From NCBI RefSeq assembly GCF_009914755.1, contig NC_060930.1: DNA of 64,000 nt. The stretch is one strand, 5' to 3'. The notes below the pieces were generated by a model. The model saw only the letters and a program-made list of their open reading frames with translations. It was not told the DNA's origin and searched no databases. The stretch is from the human T2T-CHM13v2.0 reference genome, Homo sapiens. Below are positions 24,725-38,050 of the stretch, in pieces. Numbering within the stretch: position 1 is the stretch's first letter; each line of letters begins with the position of its first letter. The position numbers and the translations under genes were made by a program.

Positions 24725-25190
24725 TCTTAAAAGAAAAATTTTAGACAAATTAAATGTAACAGAGTTTAATTGAAAAACTCCAGCTGAATTAAATTTAAAG
24801 GAGTTTAAGCAATAAATGTTTCACAAATCGGGCAGCCCCCAGAATCACAGAAGATTCAGAGAGAATCCAGGGGGCCTCGTGGTCAGATCAAATTTATAGA
24901 CAAAAAAAGTAAAGTGATATACAGAAATCCAAAGTGAGGTACAGAAACAGCCAGATTAGTCACAGGTTGGCATTTGCCTTATTTGAACACAGTTTGAACA
25001 CTTGGCAGTGTATGAGTGGTTGAAGTATGTCTGCTGGGATTGGCCAAGACTCAGCTATTGTTATAGGCACATACTGCTAAGTTAAGTTTTCAATCTTGTC
25101 TACTTGTTAAATTAGGTTGCAGTTAGTTCACAAGGACTCAGATATAGAAGTATGGAGTCCTTCTCAGGCCATATTTAGTTTGCTTTAACA
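24725..25190 (-). mobile_element. 3' LTR (MER57-type)
   Basis: Preceded on the minus strand by a polypurine tract; matches remembered MER57A consensus. Confidence 0.85.
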
Positions 25191-25204
25191 ATTCCCCCCT
25201 TTTA
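25191..25204 (-). other. Retroviral polypurine tract
   Basis: Minus-strand A-run/G-run purine tract ending GAAT, directly abutting the LTR start TGTTAAAG. Confidence 0.85.
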
Positions 25205-25947
25205 GTCGTTTTCTTCATTTTGAGAGACTGACCAAAATGTTAGTCATTGATGCCACTATTACCTTGTAAATGTACTTATTTGGTCTTGGAACCCACTGGG
25301 AAACAGTAGAACAGTGAGTTTTGCAAAGGTAGGAACAAGGGTTCCTCCTTATACTGGAACATCCTGTTTACAGGAGAAAAACAAAACCTGGTCTGTTCTG
25401 GACCAGGATCTATGTGTTTCCTTAAAAACTTAGTTTGATTATATCACACTTAGCACGAGCAACTCCATTTTGGTTTGGTTTAGTCTGTTAGGGCCTATTG
25501 CATGAGCTCAGTCCAAAAAAATGGACTGCCATAATTTTGCTTAAAAAAAAAAAATCCCCCTTTGGTCAGGTTCTTACTTAGGTGAGAGTATGATTTAAAA
25601 AAACTTGGGGCCTTAGCACCACTCTCAGCGTGATTTTGGGTTTCTAGTCTCAGCATATCATTCATAGGTTTGGTATCCTCATGGTCACACATTTCTTTCA
25701 GCTCTTGTCATTCCACTTGAAGAGAGACCATTTGACATTCTAGAGATGGCTGCATGCAAATATTTAAGACATTTGAGAGAATACAGCGCACCAGGGGTTC
25801 TACTATTGTGACTATGGGGAGGATAATACCAAGAGTTTGCAGTATGCTCCTTACCCAGAGCTCCCATAAACCAAACCACCTAAAGTCAAATAGATCAAAG
25901 AATTAGTTAGTCTACTTGCTTAACTAAGCACTCTTTTTGTTAATCCC

Positions 25948-26145
25948 CTACAACTGAATCTCTAAAATATCCAATGTTTTCTCCATAGGCCATGAGTGCC
26001 AGTACCTGCACAGATACTTTCCTGTTTCGCCAATTCTATTATTTAGCATAACTTTCACAAGAGAATTTAAAGTCTGTTGTGTAACCATAGCCTTTACAGT
26101 AGAATCTGCTATAGAGCCTATCATGAGGAATACACTTCTAGTCAT
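25948..26145 (-). pseudogene. ERV env transmembrane-subunit remnant
   Basis: Translation IADSTVKAMVTQQTLNSLVKVMLNNRI resembles the ERV TM heptad leading into the immunosuppressive domain (SLAKVVLxNRIALD); AKQESICA follows in a shifted frame. Confidence 0.7.
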
Positions 26146-26579
26146 TGCCTCTTTTATTCCAAACCATGGAAAAAGGACCTAAAACACGATGCCCTTCTAG
26201 AAGAGTAAAGGCCTCCTGGAAGTGTTCTCTTTAACCCATGATGTGGGTTAAGAGAAGTGAATCAATGTTCTGTTTCTTACTGATTATGCGGCGACATATG
26301 TACCATTAAAGTTTCTCACCTGCATTGGGACTTCTCTTTCATCTATCAAAGTATAAGGTTATCTATGTATAAGGCTAGCTGAAAAATCCTTCACAAATAA
26401 AAGTACACACAGTGGGATACAAAAGTATCCCATAAGTGCACACAACAGACCCCCTATTCATTTCTATTGTTCATAGAGGCATAAACGAAAAGATATTCAT
26501 AGATAAGAGTCTCATGATTGTAGAGAAGTCTTGATCTGTGATCTTGGGAAAAGCTGTTCACATCAAGGATACCATCTCC

Positions 26580-26700
26580 CTGGTTAGCTTTACCTTAAGC
26601 ATTCCAATGGGTGTACAGTTCCAAGAGTGTGGAGGGACCCTTCTCAGTTGTGAGATTATGAACCGAAAGTTCAAGGTTCCAAAGTTTGTGTTGCAGTGTG
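26580..26700 (-). pseudogene. ERV integrase C-terminal remnant
   Basis: Minus-strand translation IISQLRRVPPHSWNCTPIGMLKVKLTR resembles a gammaretroviral IN tail; lies just 5' of env. Confidence 0.5.
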
Positions 26701-29700
26701 GATAGCAAGGGCAGTCTTTCTCTTATGTTCTCAGAAGATAGAGTTCTTGGGTTCTAGATTGTAAAGGGGTTGACTGTCATCAGTGAACCACAAAAACCTT
26801 TCTTTACCTGGTGAAAATACAGTGTAGCATAATAATCTACTGTTATAACATCAGTGCTCTTACATGGGAGAGCTTTTATACAACCAGAAAACATGCATTG
26901 AAAATGACAGTTGAATGAAATCCCTTTATAAAATGTTTAAATGGCCCATCAGGTAAACAAATGTACTTGAGGCTTTGATTGTTTTTCCAAGAATATGGGT
27001 TTGACAAACCAAATATTGGTTATAAGCTATTTTAGCAATTTATTAGTCACCACACCAATATATTTAATTTGGATCATTTTATCTTTTCCATTATGAGTCA
27101 TGGAATGCAGAACTTTTAATAATAAAAGCTTTAAGGACTCAGGAAGGACAAGGTGGCATGAGTCCTTGTTTAATATTGGACTTATATCCTCTTGAATACG
27201 AGTTGTTATTCCAAATTAGGTGTCTAGCACTGATAACTGATGAGTTACCATAGGTAATTTGACTTAGACCATGGAGTTCATTCAAATTGTATAGCTAAGC
27301 AGTTTCAGTATTCGCTGATTTAACATGCAAATCTGGCAAAGTATTTCCTTGGTATTCAATTGATTTTTGTTCTCCTTGGGTTAGCAGTTTTATAAACCAG
27401 TCAGTCTTTTTATTAAAGTTTCAGGAATTCTTATCCAGTCCAATCCTTGGGGAATTGGGGAATTCATGGGGAATTTTTACCCATGATACGATTTTAAAGT
27501 TATTAGAAACCTGTATTCAAGAGTGCTTTTCAGGGTCCTTTTCATCCTTTCATGAACCTCCTAAAAGACACCATATTCTAGGATTTTCCTTGCTTGTGAA
27601 GTTCAGAAACTGCATTAGCATTAAGCAGTTAACTGTGGAAATGACTTTAAATAGTCAGTTAAATACACAATTAACAAGGAAATTTGGTTATTTCTGTGGT
27701 CTACAATAACTTAACATAATAACCATAGTTATGATTGATAGCATATACTCAGACATATTAGAATTTTAGAAATCCCATACAATTTTGGAACATATTGATG
27801 GTATACACTAAAATATAACCTGAAGAAGGTTAAACATTATCTTTTATTTTGACAATGCTTCCCTTATAACTTAACATGTCACATAATTCTGTTTACCTCT
27901 CTTTTGCATGCTTCAGGAGCCCTCTGCAGCATCTCAAAGTTAGAGGTCAGAAAAGACAATTTTGAAGCTGAAATTTGATTTTGGGAAGCCCATCAAATAT
28001 ATTAAAGGTTTGAAACACTTGATATTATTAAACAGAATTCCAGGTTGCCATAAGTCATTCATTTAGCCAAAATGATGACTCAAAATATTTTAAAAAGGCA
28101 AAAACCTTTACTCATTGATGGAGGGAAGACTTAGCTTTCCAAAAAATTTGTCTTTTATCTTTCCCTTCTTTTTTCGGTAGTTTATTCGAAAGGTAAACAA
28201 AAATCTTTCATTATCTTTTAATATTACATGAAAATCTTGTTCAAGAGAGAAAACCACATTTCACCCTTGCATTAGTGTACTATTAATGTCAACCTCAACT
28301 TTTAATAAAACCTTATAGACAAGACAAATCTATCTAATCTTAATCAGTTTGACCATAAGGTCAAAAGGTTTATTCTCATAAAGCTTTTATAAGCCTTTAC
28401 AAATTTTGGTTAAAGAGCAGATCAGTGCTTTAAGAAAACCCTGTTGTGCTCTTATTCCAATGTTCAATTTATGGAAAAACTTAATAATACCCCTTTAACT
28501 TTAGTCAGTGTCCACACAGAATTTCTTTTTATAAGATTGATTTTTCACAAACCTTCCACAACTTGTTCAAACTTTTAGCTTTATCCTATCTAATATAAAA
28601 CAATCCTTTAACCCTCTAAACTTAGGCAAGAAAATCCACATTTTTATGCATTCTTATAGTCTTTTCTAAAAATACATTTTACTTTCTTTACATACCTTGC
28701 ATGTAAAAATTTTTTTCAGTGGTCTCCATTACATATGATAATGGTAACTCTTAGCAATTTTCAATTTTGGTGAAAAACCTGGTAAGTTATTTTAGTTATA
28801 TACTAGGTGTGGAGCCTAGGAAATCAGACAGAAGTGCAGATAGGGTCTGACTCTTTCCAGCATAGCTAGGGGTGTGGCTAACTCCACACATGCCCAGGCC
28901 TTACCAAGCTGTAAAGCAGGAAAGATGAACAATTTTCAAAAACCAAAGAAGCAGTTTATAACCTTAAAGCATTTAGCAAACCTAATATCTGACCTAATTT
29001 AGACCAAATGTCTTTATTTTAAATTATCTTTAAAACTTTTTATTTCTCAAAGATTACAAAAGTCACATGAACTAAAAGCCATTACAGTTTTTATTTTTCT
29101 TTCAAAATATTTGATTTAAGCACTTATTTTTAAGCCAATTAATTAGAGCTCTTTTATATGAACATCACACACACACAACATATATATAACTACACAGACA
29201 GACAGAAGAAGATCCAATAGTTGTTAAGATTTTTCATTTGCCAGTTTTGAAGTTTCTTAATTGGATTACTGGATTTAGAGTGGAGTCCTTAGAGGAATAG
29301 GGCCAGGAAAGCATGCAGTTTTTACAAAATCTAGAATCTTCAAAGGTAGCTCAAAGAAAGGAAAATTCAAGAAGAGAAGCCAGAAGTTGTTCATGGAGGG
29401 GAAAAGATAAAGGTCATGCAGATATTAAACCAGAAAGTACTCATTCCCTAAGCCAGGATTCAACCTGGACCACCATTGTAAAATGGCAGACATCAAAAGA
29501 AAGTACTGCCATGTGGTTACAAGGTTTAGCTCCCAAGGACATAAAACAAGATGGAGGCCTCATCTATTTTTTTTTTCTTTCTTCAGAGATCTGCAGCAAA
29601 ATTTATAACAGACCAGCTTTCTGGGCCATCTTGAATAGCGAGCTTATGGGTTCCTAAGCCCGTGTTCTATCCTAAGGTACCCCTCTTTATGACAGAATGA

Positions 29701-31028
29701 CAAAGAAAGACAAATTCATATCACAAAATACACCAGATTTGCTACAGCTTAAGACTAGCCTCAGAATCCTTTTTCACATTAATCAAAACTTTACAGAGGA
29801 GATAAACAGTGGTTTTTACCATTCCTTTAACCGGTTTGCACAGAGAGAGAGGGGCCAGAAGTCTGACTGTAAGAAATTCTTGCCCTTTTGCTGGCATGTC
29901 AGCTTTCTAAGTTCTCTTTCCCTGAATGGCCCTAGCGACCCTGCTTGCCACACTATAGCCCTGGAGACCAAGCCACAACACAAAAGAAAATCTTTTTTTT
30001 TTCCCCTCTCTGTTTCATGGAACCCCAGGCAGAAGCCTCTCAATTTTGTAAGATGCTGTCCAAGGAGTTTCATCCGGTAACCAAATTAACATTTTCCATT
30101 CCTGCCAGAGCAAAATGTGTGTGACAAAACATAGACATTAGCCACTCTGCTTAGCACCCAGTATTAGACTGGCAAGGCTCAAACTTGCCCCCGGTTGGGC
30201 CTTGTCATCTTTAGTCCCTTTTAACCAAGAAGGACTTTACTGAGGGGAGGGCCTCTAACCCAAACTTATCCTTTACTCAGGTAAAATGTACCCCCATTAC
30301 TTATCCAAAGTCAGCCAATTGGTGCTGCCGTCTATTTCTTTGGATCAGGATAGTAACTAAGATAAAAGGTTAGCAGATTTAATTTTGGGGAGCCCTCATT
30401 TTTAAATACACTTCAATGTGTTGTTTATCCAGAACATTCCACTGTAAGTTATCTTTAGTAAGATTTTGCCATTTCTGTAAGACTTTGCTCCTCCCTGGGT
30501 CTAATGTATAAGTCAAAGGGAACTCAGTTTTTCAGCAATTCAGGATCCCATTTTTACCTAAAGTATTGGCTTTGCTCTCAGGTTCCCTTGGTTAACTTAG
30601 CCAATGATTTTTTTTTCCTACCTAAGTGCACAAGAAAAGTGAAATGAAGGGGTAGAACACAAAAATCCCTGTGAATTTTCAAAAGCCAAATTTTACAACC
30701 CCTGCAATATTATCATTTACTACCAGTTTCTTCTGACCCAGTCAGATGTAAGAGGCCTCTAACTGGATCCAAGACAGTTAATTACTGGATCAAATCTGAT
30801 CCTGGACCTAGTCCAGTTTCTGTTGTGACTTCCAAACCCAGTTTGGAACAGAAATTTGTTCAAAGAAACTCAGAGAGCTCAAAACACAAATCCATGGAAC
30901 TCTAAAATTTAAGAGAGAACTTACCCATGATTCCCAGCTGCTCTGAGAGATCAGCGGACACAGGTGGGTCCTGCGGGTACCTTGAGTGTTCACTCCGCAC
31001 TCCTGGGGTCGTTAAAGCTCTACTTCGG

Positions 31029-31046
31029 ACCCTGCTTCTGACACCA
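31029..31046 (-). other. Primer binding site, tRNA-Leu
   Basis: Minus strand TGGTGTCAGAAGCAGGGT, 2 nt from the 5' LTR, versus the tRNA-Leu(CAA) 3' complement TGGTGTCAGAAGTGGGAT. Confidence 0.8.
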
Positions 31047-31048
31047 TC

Positions 31049-31473
31049 TATTAAAAACTCCAGCTGTATTAAGTTTAAAGGAATTTAATCAAGCAATGAA
31101 TGATTCACAATTTGGGCAGCCCCCAGAATCGCAGCAGATTCAGAGACTCCAGGGGGGGCCTCCTGATCAGAACAAATTTGTAGACAAAAAAGTAAAGTGA
31201 CGTATGGAAATCAGAAGTGAGGTACAGAAACAGCTGGATTAGTTACAGGTTGGCATTTGCCTTATTTGAACACAGTTTGAACACTCAGCAGTGAGTGAGT
31301 GGTTGAAGTATTGCTGCTGGGATTGGCCAAGACTCAGCTATTGTTGTAGGCACATGTTTCTAAGTTAGGCTTTCAATCTTGTCTACCTATTAAGTTAGAT
31401 TGCAGTTTGTCCACAATGATTTGAATATAGACGTACAGTGTCCTTCTCAAGCCTTATTTAGTTTGCTTTAACA
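31049..31473 (-). mobile_element. 5' LTR (MER57-type)
   Basis: Collinear with the 24772-25190 copy; followed on the minus strand by the PBS. Confidence 0.85.
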
Positions 31474-31534
31474 AGTCCCATTTGTTTATTTTTGCTTTTG
31501 TTGCCTGTGTTTTGGGTGTGATATTCAAAAAATC

Positions 31535-31857
31535 AGCTGGGGCCAGTGGCTTATGCCTGTAATCCTAGCACTTTGGGAGGCTGAGGCGGGCAGATCACTT
31601 GAGGCCAGGAGTTCGAGACTAGCCTGGCCAACGTGGTGAAATCTCATCTCTACTAAAGATACAAAAATTAGCTGGGTGTCATGGCAGACACCTATAATCC
31701 TAGCTGCTGGGGAGGCTGAGGCTTGAGAATCACTTGAACCCGGGAGGTAGAGGTTGCAGTGAGCCAAAATTGCGCCACTGCACTCCACACCCCAGCTTGG
31801 GCCACAGAGTGAGACTCTGTCTCAAAAAAAATAAATTAAATAAATAAATAAATAAAT
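31535..31857 (+). mobile_element. AluS inside the L1
   Basis: Dimeric Alu with (TAAA)n tail; the L1 resumes at 'CATTGTCAAGACCAATGTC'. Confidence 0.9.
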
Positions 31858-33871
31858 CATTGTCAAGACCAATGTCAGGAGCTTTTCCCATATGTTTTCT
31901 TCTAGGAGTGTTGTGGTTTTAGATCTTAACATTTAGGTATTTAATTCATTTTTAGTTGATTTTTTGTACATAGCCTAACATAAGGGTCCCATTTTATTCT
32001 TTTGCATGTGAACAGCCAATTTTCCCAATACCATTTATTAAAGAGACTGTCTTTTCCCCCATTGTGTCTTCCAGGTACCCTTGTTAAAAATTACTTGACC
32101 ATTTTAGATACTCTTGCCACACCAAAAAAAAAAAAAAGTACTTCTGTGAGATGATGGGTGTTAATTTGCCTATAGTAACCATTTCACTATGTATATCAAA
32201 ACATCAAGTTTTACACCATAAATATATACAATAAGAAAAAAATTCTAAGTGTATCTTAGTTATTTTGCCTAGCAATTGAATCAGCTGATTTCCTCATTCT
32301 TTTTTCTTTTCCTTTCTTTACTTCCCCCCTTCCATCTCTCCCTTCCTTCATTTCTATCCTTCCTTTCTATTTCTTTTTTTGTCTTTAGATAACCTAAGAG
32401 ATATCTTTGACTCTCCAAATATCTGGAAACTAGATGATCTGAGAAACTAGTAACATTAGAGTTTTTCTCTTAAAAAAACTCAGTGAGCCTTTATGCTACC
32501 TTTATTGTAAAATACATGAATAAAATAAGGTTTTACCTTAATATGAAGTTATTTTCCCCCATCTGGTTTAGAAAGTACAGAGGCTCAGACAAACTCTCCT
32601 ATCTCTGGGATTAAGTAAAAGTTTCCCTATCTGATTCCAGGATAATATTAACACGATAAAAGAGGATTCAGGAAAATATAGAACTCTGAGCTTACGAAAA
32701 TTGATCTCCTGCCTCCTGAGGCTTTGGCACAAATAAAGACTGTGGCCTGAGGCCCAAATTGTACTCAGTCCTTACAAATGCCCTTGCAACAATTCAGTGT
32801 TGGTTTTCTTTCTTTTTTTTTTTGAGACAGGGTTGAATTTTTAAGACTTTATGTTGTCTGCTTTCAGAGGGAAGAAAGCAGAAAAATCACTGCTTTACAT
32901 TTGAAAAGCTCACTTTCTGAAACAGCCGGTTCCCCACTGGGACAGCCAGTGGCTGGCAGTGGATTTGTAAAGGCATCACTCTAATAACTTGCTGACAAGA
33001 TAAATACTGCTTTAAATTTAAGGCCTCTTTTGGGTCCTAAAATCTGTAAGTTGTTTGCAGTTATGAAAAATTTACAGAGGAAAGAAAATTTTCTTTTATT
33101 AAGAGCATTTTCTATATCATTGATACTCTGCTTCTGAATGCTTGTCCCCTGAAATATTTAGGTGACTTGTGGACTCTCAGTACTATGATAAATATAATTT
33201 GCAGGAAATGTTGTGATCATTTTCCCCACTCATTCAGACAATTAAATAAGCTTGGACTTCAATCATGCAATCTGTGAAGGTAAACATGCTTTGTTTTTGC
33301 AAGAATATTTTTCTGGACTACATAAAATTCAGATTTTGAACCAGTGAATTATGTCATTGCTCACAGATATGCCAGTTTCTCTTTAATACTGCTTACTTCA
33401 TGCACTGAGGCATGACATCTTTCAGATCTTCTGAGCTAATATCACAGAAGTAACATGACCATAAAAGTGTTTCAAACTGAAACATTTTTGAGAATAAAAG
33501 GAGGCCCTATTATTCATGAGGGGACAACAGGCAAACAGGAAGACTTCCCTGAGCTATACATGAAAGATTGAGTGTTTAAAATCTGAAAGCAAATTAGTGA
33601 AAGGTAAAAAATATTCTTATTTATCCCACTGCAATTTTTAAAAAATAAAATAACCGCTTCGTATTGTAAGCATAATTTATTTTAGAAAAATTAGAAAATA
33701 CATTTAAGCATATAGAAGAATTAAACACTTACACTTCCATCCCAGAGATCATCTTTTTTATTGCTTTGATGTATTCCAGAGCTGAAATATATACCCATAT
33801 GTCACATTAATGTTTACACACCTGTGTGTGTATATGTATGTGTATGTATGTTTATCCACACATATACACAT

Positions 33872-34419
33872 TGTTAAGCAGAATACCAGCACCTGTTGCC
33901 AATCCCAGGGGAGGACTCTAAACACCTTACTAATTCCTGCTTAGTTTCCTACATCTGGAAGGTTTTGCACAAACCCAGCTGTTAGAATGAATTCCAGTGA
34001 TAGAGAACACTCTCACAGCAAGTCAGGCCAAGCAACGTTATGACTCACAGACAGCAAGAATCAACAGAAGCCTAGGATCCATGGTGAGCCAGTCCCCCAA
34101 GCCTGGGAAAAGCTGCCCAGGGCAGATGGATTCTTATTTACACACACTCCATTTCTCACCAAAGCTGAGGGACCCTGAAAGTATTCTGCTCTGAGTTTTA
34201 CACATCTGGGGAAACTTGTATTGCTGACCCAAAGTATTGTAGGACATCCTGTTCTAGGAAGGATGAGGAGAAGACCTGGGCTATTCAAGACAGTTCTTTC
34301 TTATCTCAGGACACTGCATTTTCAGCACATTCTACAGTTACCCTGAAAACCTGAGAACCCCAAGTGGGAGGGGTAAAAGCTGGGTCAGTCAAGGTCATCT
34401 GGGGACTTGTACTCTTGCA
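33872..34419 (-). mobile_element. ERVL solo LTR (MER74/LTR53 family-like)
   Basis: TG...CA termini; minus strand starts TGCAAGAGTACAAGTCCCCAGATGACCTTGACTGACCCAG; internal 'CCATCTGCCCTGGGCAGCTTT' and 'GATCCTAGGCTTCTGTTG'. Confidence 0.7.
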
Positions 34420-35246
34420 CACACTTATATTTACATTTTTATGCAAGGTAAACTCATACTGTGTGTGTTGTTCTGAAACCTGCCTTATTCTATGTCAATA
34501 AATTTTCTTCTGTAACAACTTGTAAGGCTACGTACCATTCTGTTATATGAACGTGTCATGATTAATTAAACAATCTCCATATCAAAGGATAAATTTTTTA
34601 AAATGATTCCCATATAGGTTTAAGTGAACATATGTTAAAGTTTTCTTTATCTCATTAATTAATGAAGAAACTAGTAAGATATTGAACAACCAGTTCAAAA
34701 ATGACCTCAAATTATCCCACATTTAGTCACATTTTTTAAAATGCTGAAGTAAATTCACATATGGTTGCAAAACTGGTAAAACTAGTCAATGTCTACAGGG
34801 AAATAATCAATGCATTTCACCAGACACTATTAGTATTTCTATGGACAGTAATTATTTGCATTACTGTGAGTTTTCTACATGTGAACTTCTATCTTTATGA
34901 AGTCATAAAATAGCATACTAAAAAACAAATAATAGCTGTCTAGCTAGACAGGACACATAATAAATTTCAAAATCTTTCCAGTGTTTTTCCTTACAACCAC
35001 ATTGTTGTATTAAATGTTTCAAATAAATTGTACATTTGACAACTAAATCTTTTTAAAAATTTTTAAATTTAAGATAAATTGCTAGAAATGTGATGACTGG
35101 GTCAAAGAGTAGGCAGTTTTGGGCTTGGGAAGGTGGAGAGTTTACATACATGTGAAGACTTTTGATACATAGTACCAAATTGCCCTTCAGAGAGATTATA
35201 CCATTCACACTCTCACCAGCAGCATAGGTGAGTGCCAGTACCGCTG

Positions 35247-35310
35247 ACATACATACATATATACATACATACATACATACATACATACATACATACATAC
35301 ATACATACAT
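35247..35310 (+). repeat. (TACA)n microsatellite, about 16 units
   Basis: Direct reading; one TATA interruption. Confidence 0.95.
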
Positions 35311-35311
35311 A

Positions 35312-35543
35312 GCAAACCAGAGCTGGACAGTAGTTACAGTGGCAAAAACAGATTTTATTCAGGACTATTTCAATAGGAGAAAAGAAACCTCAGTATAGAA
35401 CTGGGCTCAATTCTGAATATAGTATGGACAACTGGGGATTTACAGCCAAAGAACAGGGTGGGGTCAGTGGACAGAAAATACTAAGTGGAAACACCAGGAG
35501 TAAGGGAGGATTCTGGCTACACCAACTTGACAGGATTCCTGCT
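35312..35543 (-). mobile_element. MER31-like ERV1 LTR, 3' half
   Basis: Minus strand '...GAATTGAGCCCAGTTCTATACTGAGG...GAATAAAATCTGTTTTT' matches remembered MER31A. Confidence 0.65.
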
Positions 35544-35785
35544 GTAATACCCTGTCCCCTGCCAGTGTCCTTCCAGGTTCCTGGTTGCTGAAACAGCAGG
35601 AGTCCCTCAAGGAATAGAAGAAATCATACCAGGGTTAAGTAATAAAAGCCGTAACTCAAGTCTAATCAAGACCTAATAAAATTATCACCTTATATCTAAA
35701 GGAAAACAGCACCTTTAGGCTTTTAGCCCAGATTTTTAAGGGACCAGGAGGGCCTCACAAGCTACATATTTCTGTTATACCCCAG

Positions 35786-36478
35786 TGTGTTAGTTAGAGT
35801 AACACCAAGTTTTGCCTTAGAATTAGAGGTTTATATTTTTCTATCGTAACAGTGCGATTATGGGTCAGTTTGGGGGTTTTGCTCCATGTAGTCATTCAGC
35901 ACCCAAGATGATAAAGATCCTGCAATCGTCAACATCATGTGGCTTCCAGAATCAGTGTGCTTACTCCTTTTCTTTTTTTTCTGTTTTTTGATTTGGTTTG
36001 GTTTTTTAGAGACGGAGTCTCACTCTGTCATCCAAGCTGGAGTGCAATGACGTGACGATTGCTCACCACAGCCTCAAACTCCTGAGCTCAAGCAATCTTC
36101 CCGCCTCAACCTCCTGAGCGATCTTCCCACCTCAGCCCCCCAAGTAGCTGGGACTACAGGTGCATACCACCATGCCCAGCTAATTATTTCTTATTTAAAA
36201 AATTCTTTTAGAGATAGGATCTTGCTATGTTGCCCAGGCTGAGCATGTTTATCTCCATTCTATTGGCAGAGGGGGTGAAATGCATGGAGGAGCATGCAAA
36301 AAAAGATTCTCTGTGCCAAATTTGGCAGAAGTGGTATACTGCTTTCCCTCAGAATTTGCCAAAGATCAGGTACACAGCCACCCAATTGTAAGGGGGGCTA
36401 AGAAATGTTATCTAGTTGTGTGTCCAAGAAGAATAGGAGAAAATGGATTTTACTGAACAAGTAGCAGTTTCCAGCACA
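35786..36478 (-). mobile_element. MLT1 (MaLR) LTR interrupted by a truncated AluJ (35967-36241)
   Basis: TGTGTTAGTTAG start, MLT1J-like 3' portion, antisense Alu insert. Confidence 0.55.
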
Positions 36479-36704
36479 TATCATTTCTCGTAATCAGATT
36501 TCTTCAACAGATGTGAAATAAGGTAGGAAGTTGTTATAGAAACCACAAACATTTAGATAGATTGTTCCTTAAGGTAGAAACTACAGTTGTTTACCTTTGT
36601 ATCTCCATCATTTAGCCCTGAGCCTGTTACAATGCAGTTGATGAATACATGTTGAAAGATTGAATGAATGAGTAACATCAGGTATCATGCATGGTTGAAT
36701 GACT

Positions 36705-37640
36705 TGTAAAATAATGTCTTTATGGAGATATAATTAACATACCATTGACTCAATTAAAGTATATAATTCGGTGGGTTTTAGTATGTTCACATAGTTGTAC
36801 AACTATCACGATAAATTTTAGAACATTTACATCACCCAAAAAGAAATCCCATACCCCATTGGTATGACTAGCAGTCATTCCCCATTTCAAGGCCACTCTC
36901 CAGTCCAAGGCAACCACTAATCTGTCCATGTGCTTATTCTAGATATTAAATAGAAATGAAATCATATAATATGTGGTTTTCATGAATAGCTTCTTTACTT
37001 AGCACAATATTTTCAAGGTTCATCCATTTTGTAGCATGTATTATCACTTCATTCCTTTTTATTGTAGAGGGTGTTCCATTTTATGGATATATCCTATTGC
37101 ATTTATCTTTTCATCAGTTGATGGTCATTTGGGTTGTTTTGGAAAATAAGAATAATTCTGCTATGAATATTCATGTTCAAGTTTTTATGTGGATATAGGT
37201 TTTCATTGGTATGTTTTCTTGGGTATATACCTAGGAGAGAAATTTCTGGATCATATGGTAACTCTATGTGTAAACTTTTGAAGAATTGCTAGACTGTTTC
37301 CCAAAGTGGCTGCACCGGAGCAGGTGCAGTAGTTTATGCCTATAATCTCAACACTTTGGGAGGCTGATGCAGGAGGATTGCTTGAGGCCAGGAGTTTAAA
37401 AGCAGTCTGGGCAACATAGAGAGCTTCCATCACTACAAAAATTAAAAAAAAATTAGCTAGGCATGGTGGCACACGCCTGTAGTCCTAGCTACTTAGGAGG
37501 GTGAGGCAGGAGGATTGCTTGAACCCAGGAGTTTGAGGCTGCAGTGAGCTATGTTTGCACCACTGCATTCCAGCCTGGGTGACAGAGCAAGACCCTGTCC
37601 CAAAATAAAATAAAAGAAAATGGCTGCACTGTTTTGCATT
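36705..37640 (-). mobile_element. L1MB-like 3' fragment interrupted by an AluJ
   Basis: Antisense L1 3' end ('TTTTAGAACATTTACATCACCCAAAAAGAAATCCC', 'TTCAAGGTTCATCCAT'). Confidence 0.8.
37316..37618 (+). mobile_element. AluJ
   Basis: Dimeric Alu; TSD AAA(G/A)TGGCTGCAC on both sides. Confidence 0.88.
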
Positions 37641-37699
37641 ATTGAGTGATTTCTTGAATCTCCAGTATTCACAAAGTGTCTGGTACCTACTGGATGGTA

Positions 37700-38050
37700 G
37701 ATAAGTTCATTGAGTGCTAACAATGTGCCACACATTCTTCTAAACACCAAAGTTATGATGTGACAACATTCCTGCTTCCATGGCAATTCCAATCTAGTGA
37801 AAGGAGACAGACAACCACATAAACAAATACAATAGGTGATTTCATGTAGTGATAAGTGTTCTGAAAGCCATTACATAGACCTGAGTGACAGAGAGTAGCT
37901 GGGCAAATGTGGGATGCTCCTTTAAGCTCTGTCATCAGGGAAGGCCTCTCCGAGGAGATGACATTTGAGCTGAGACCTGAATAATAAGTTCTAGCCACAT
38001 CAAGTTTTGGATGACAATTTTTTAAGCAGTTTAAGTGGTAATTCCAAAGC
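37700..38050 (-). mobile_element. L2 fragment
   Basis: 'CAGGGAAGGCCTCTCCGAGGAGATGACATTTGAGCTGAGACCTGAA' L2 hallmark. Confidence 0.75.

Larger units (their letters stand above)
24725..31473 (-). mobile_element. ERV1 (MER4-group) non-autonomous provirus, MER57-type LTRs plus internal region
   Basis: Two similar LTRs (24725-25190 and 31049-31473) starting TGTTAAAGCAAACTAAAT on the minus strand; PBS and PPT in the expected positions; decayed IN and env remnants. Confidence 0.9.
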
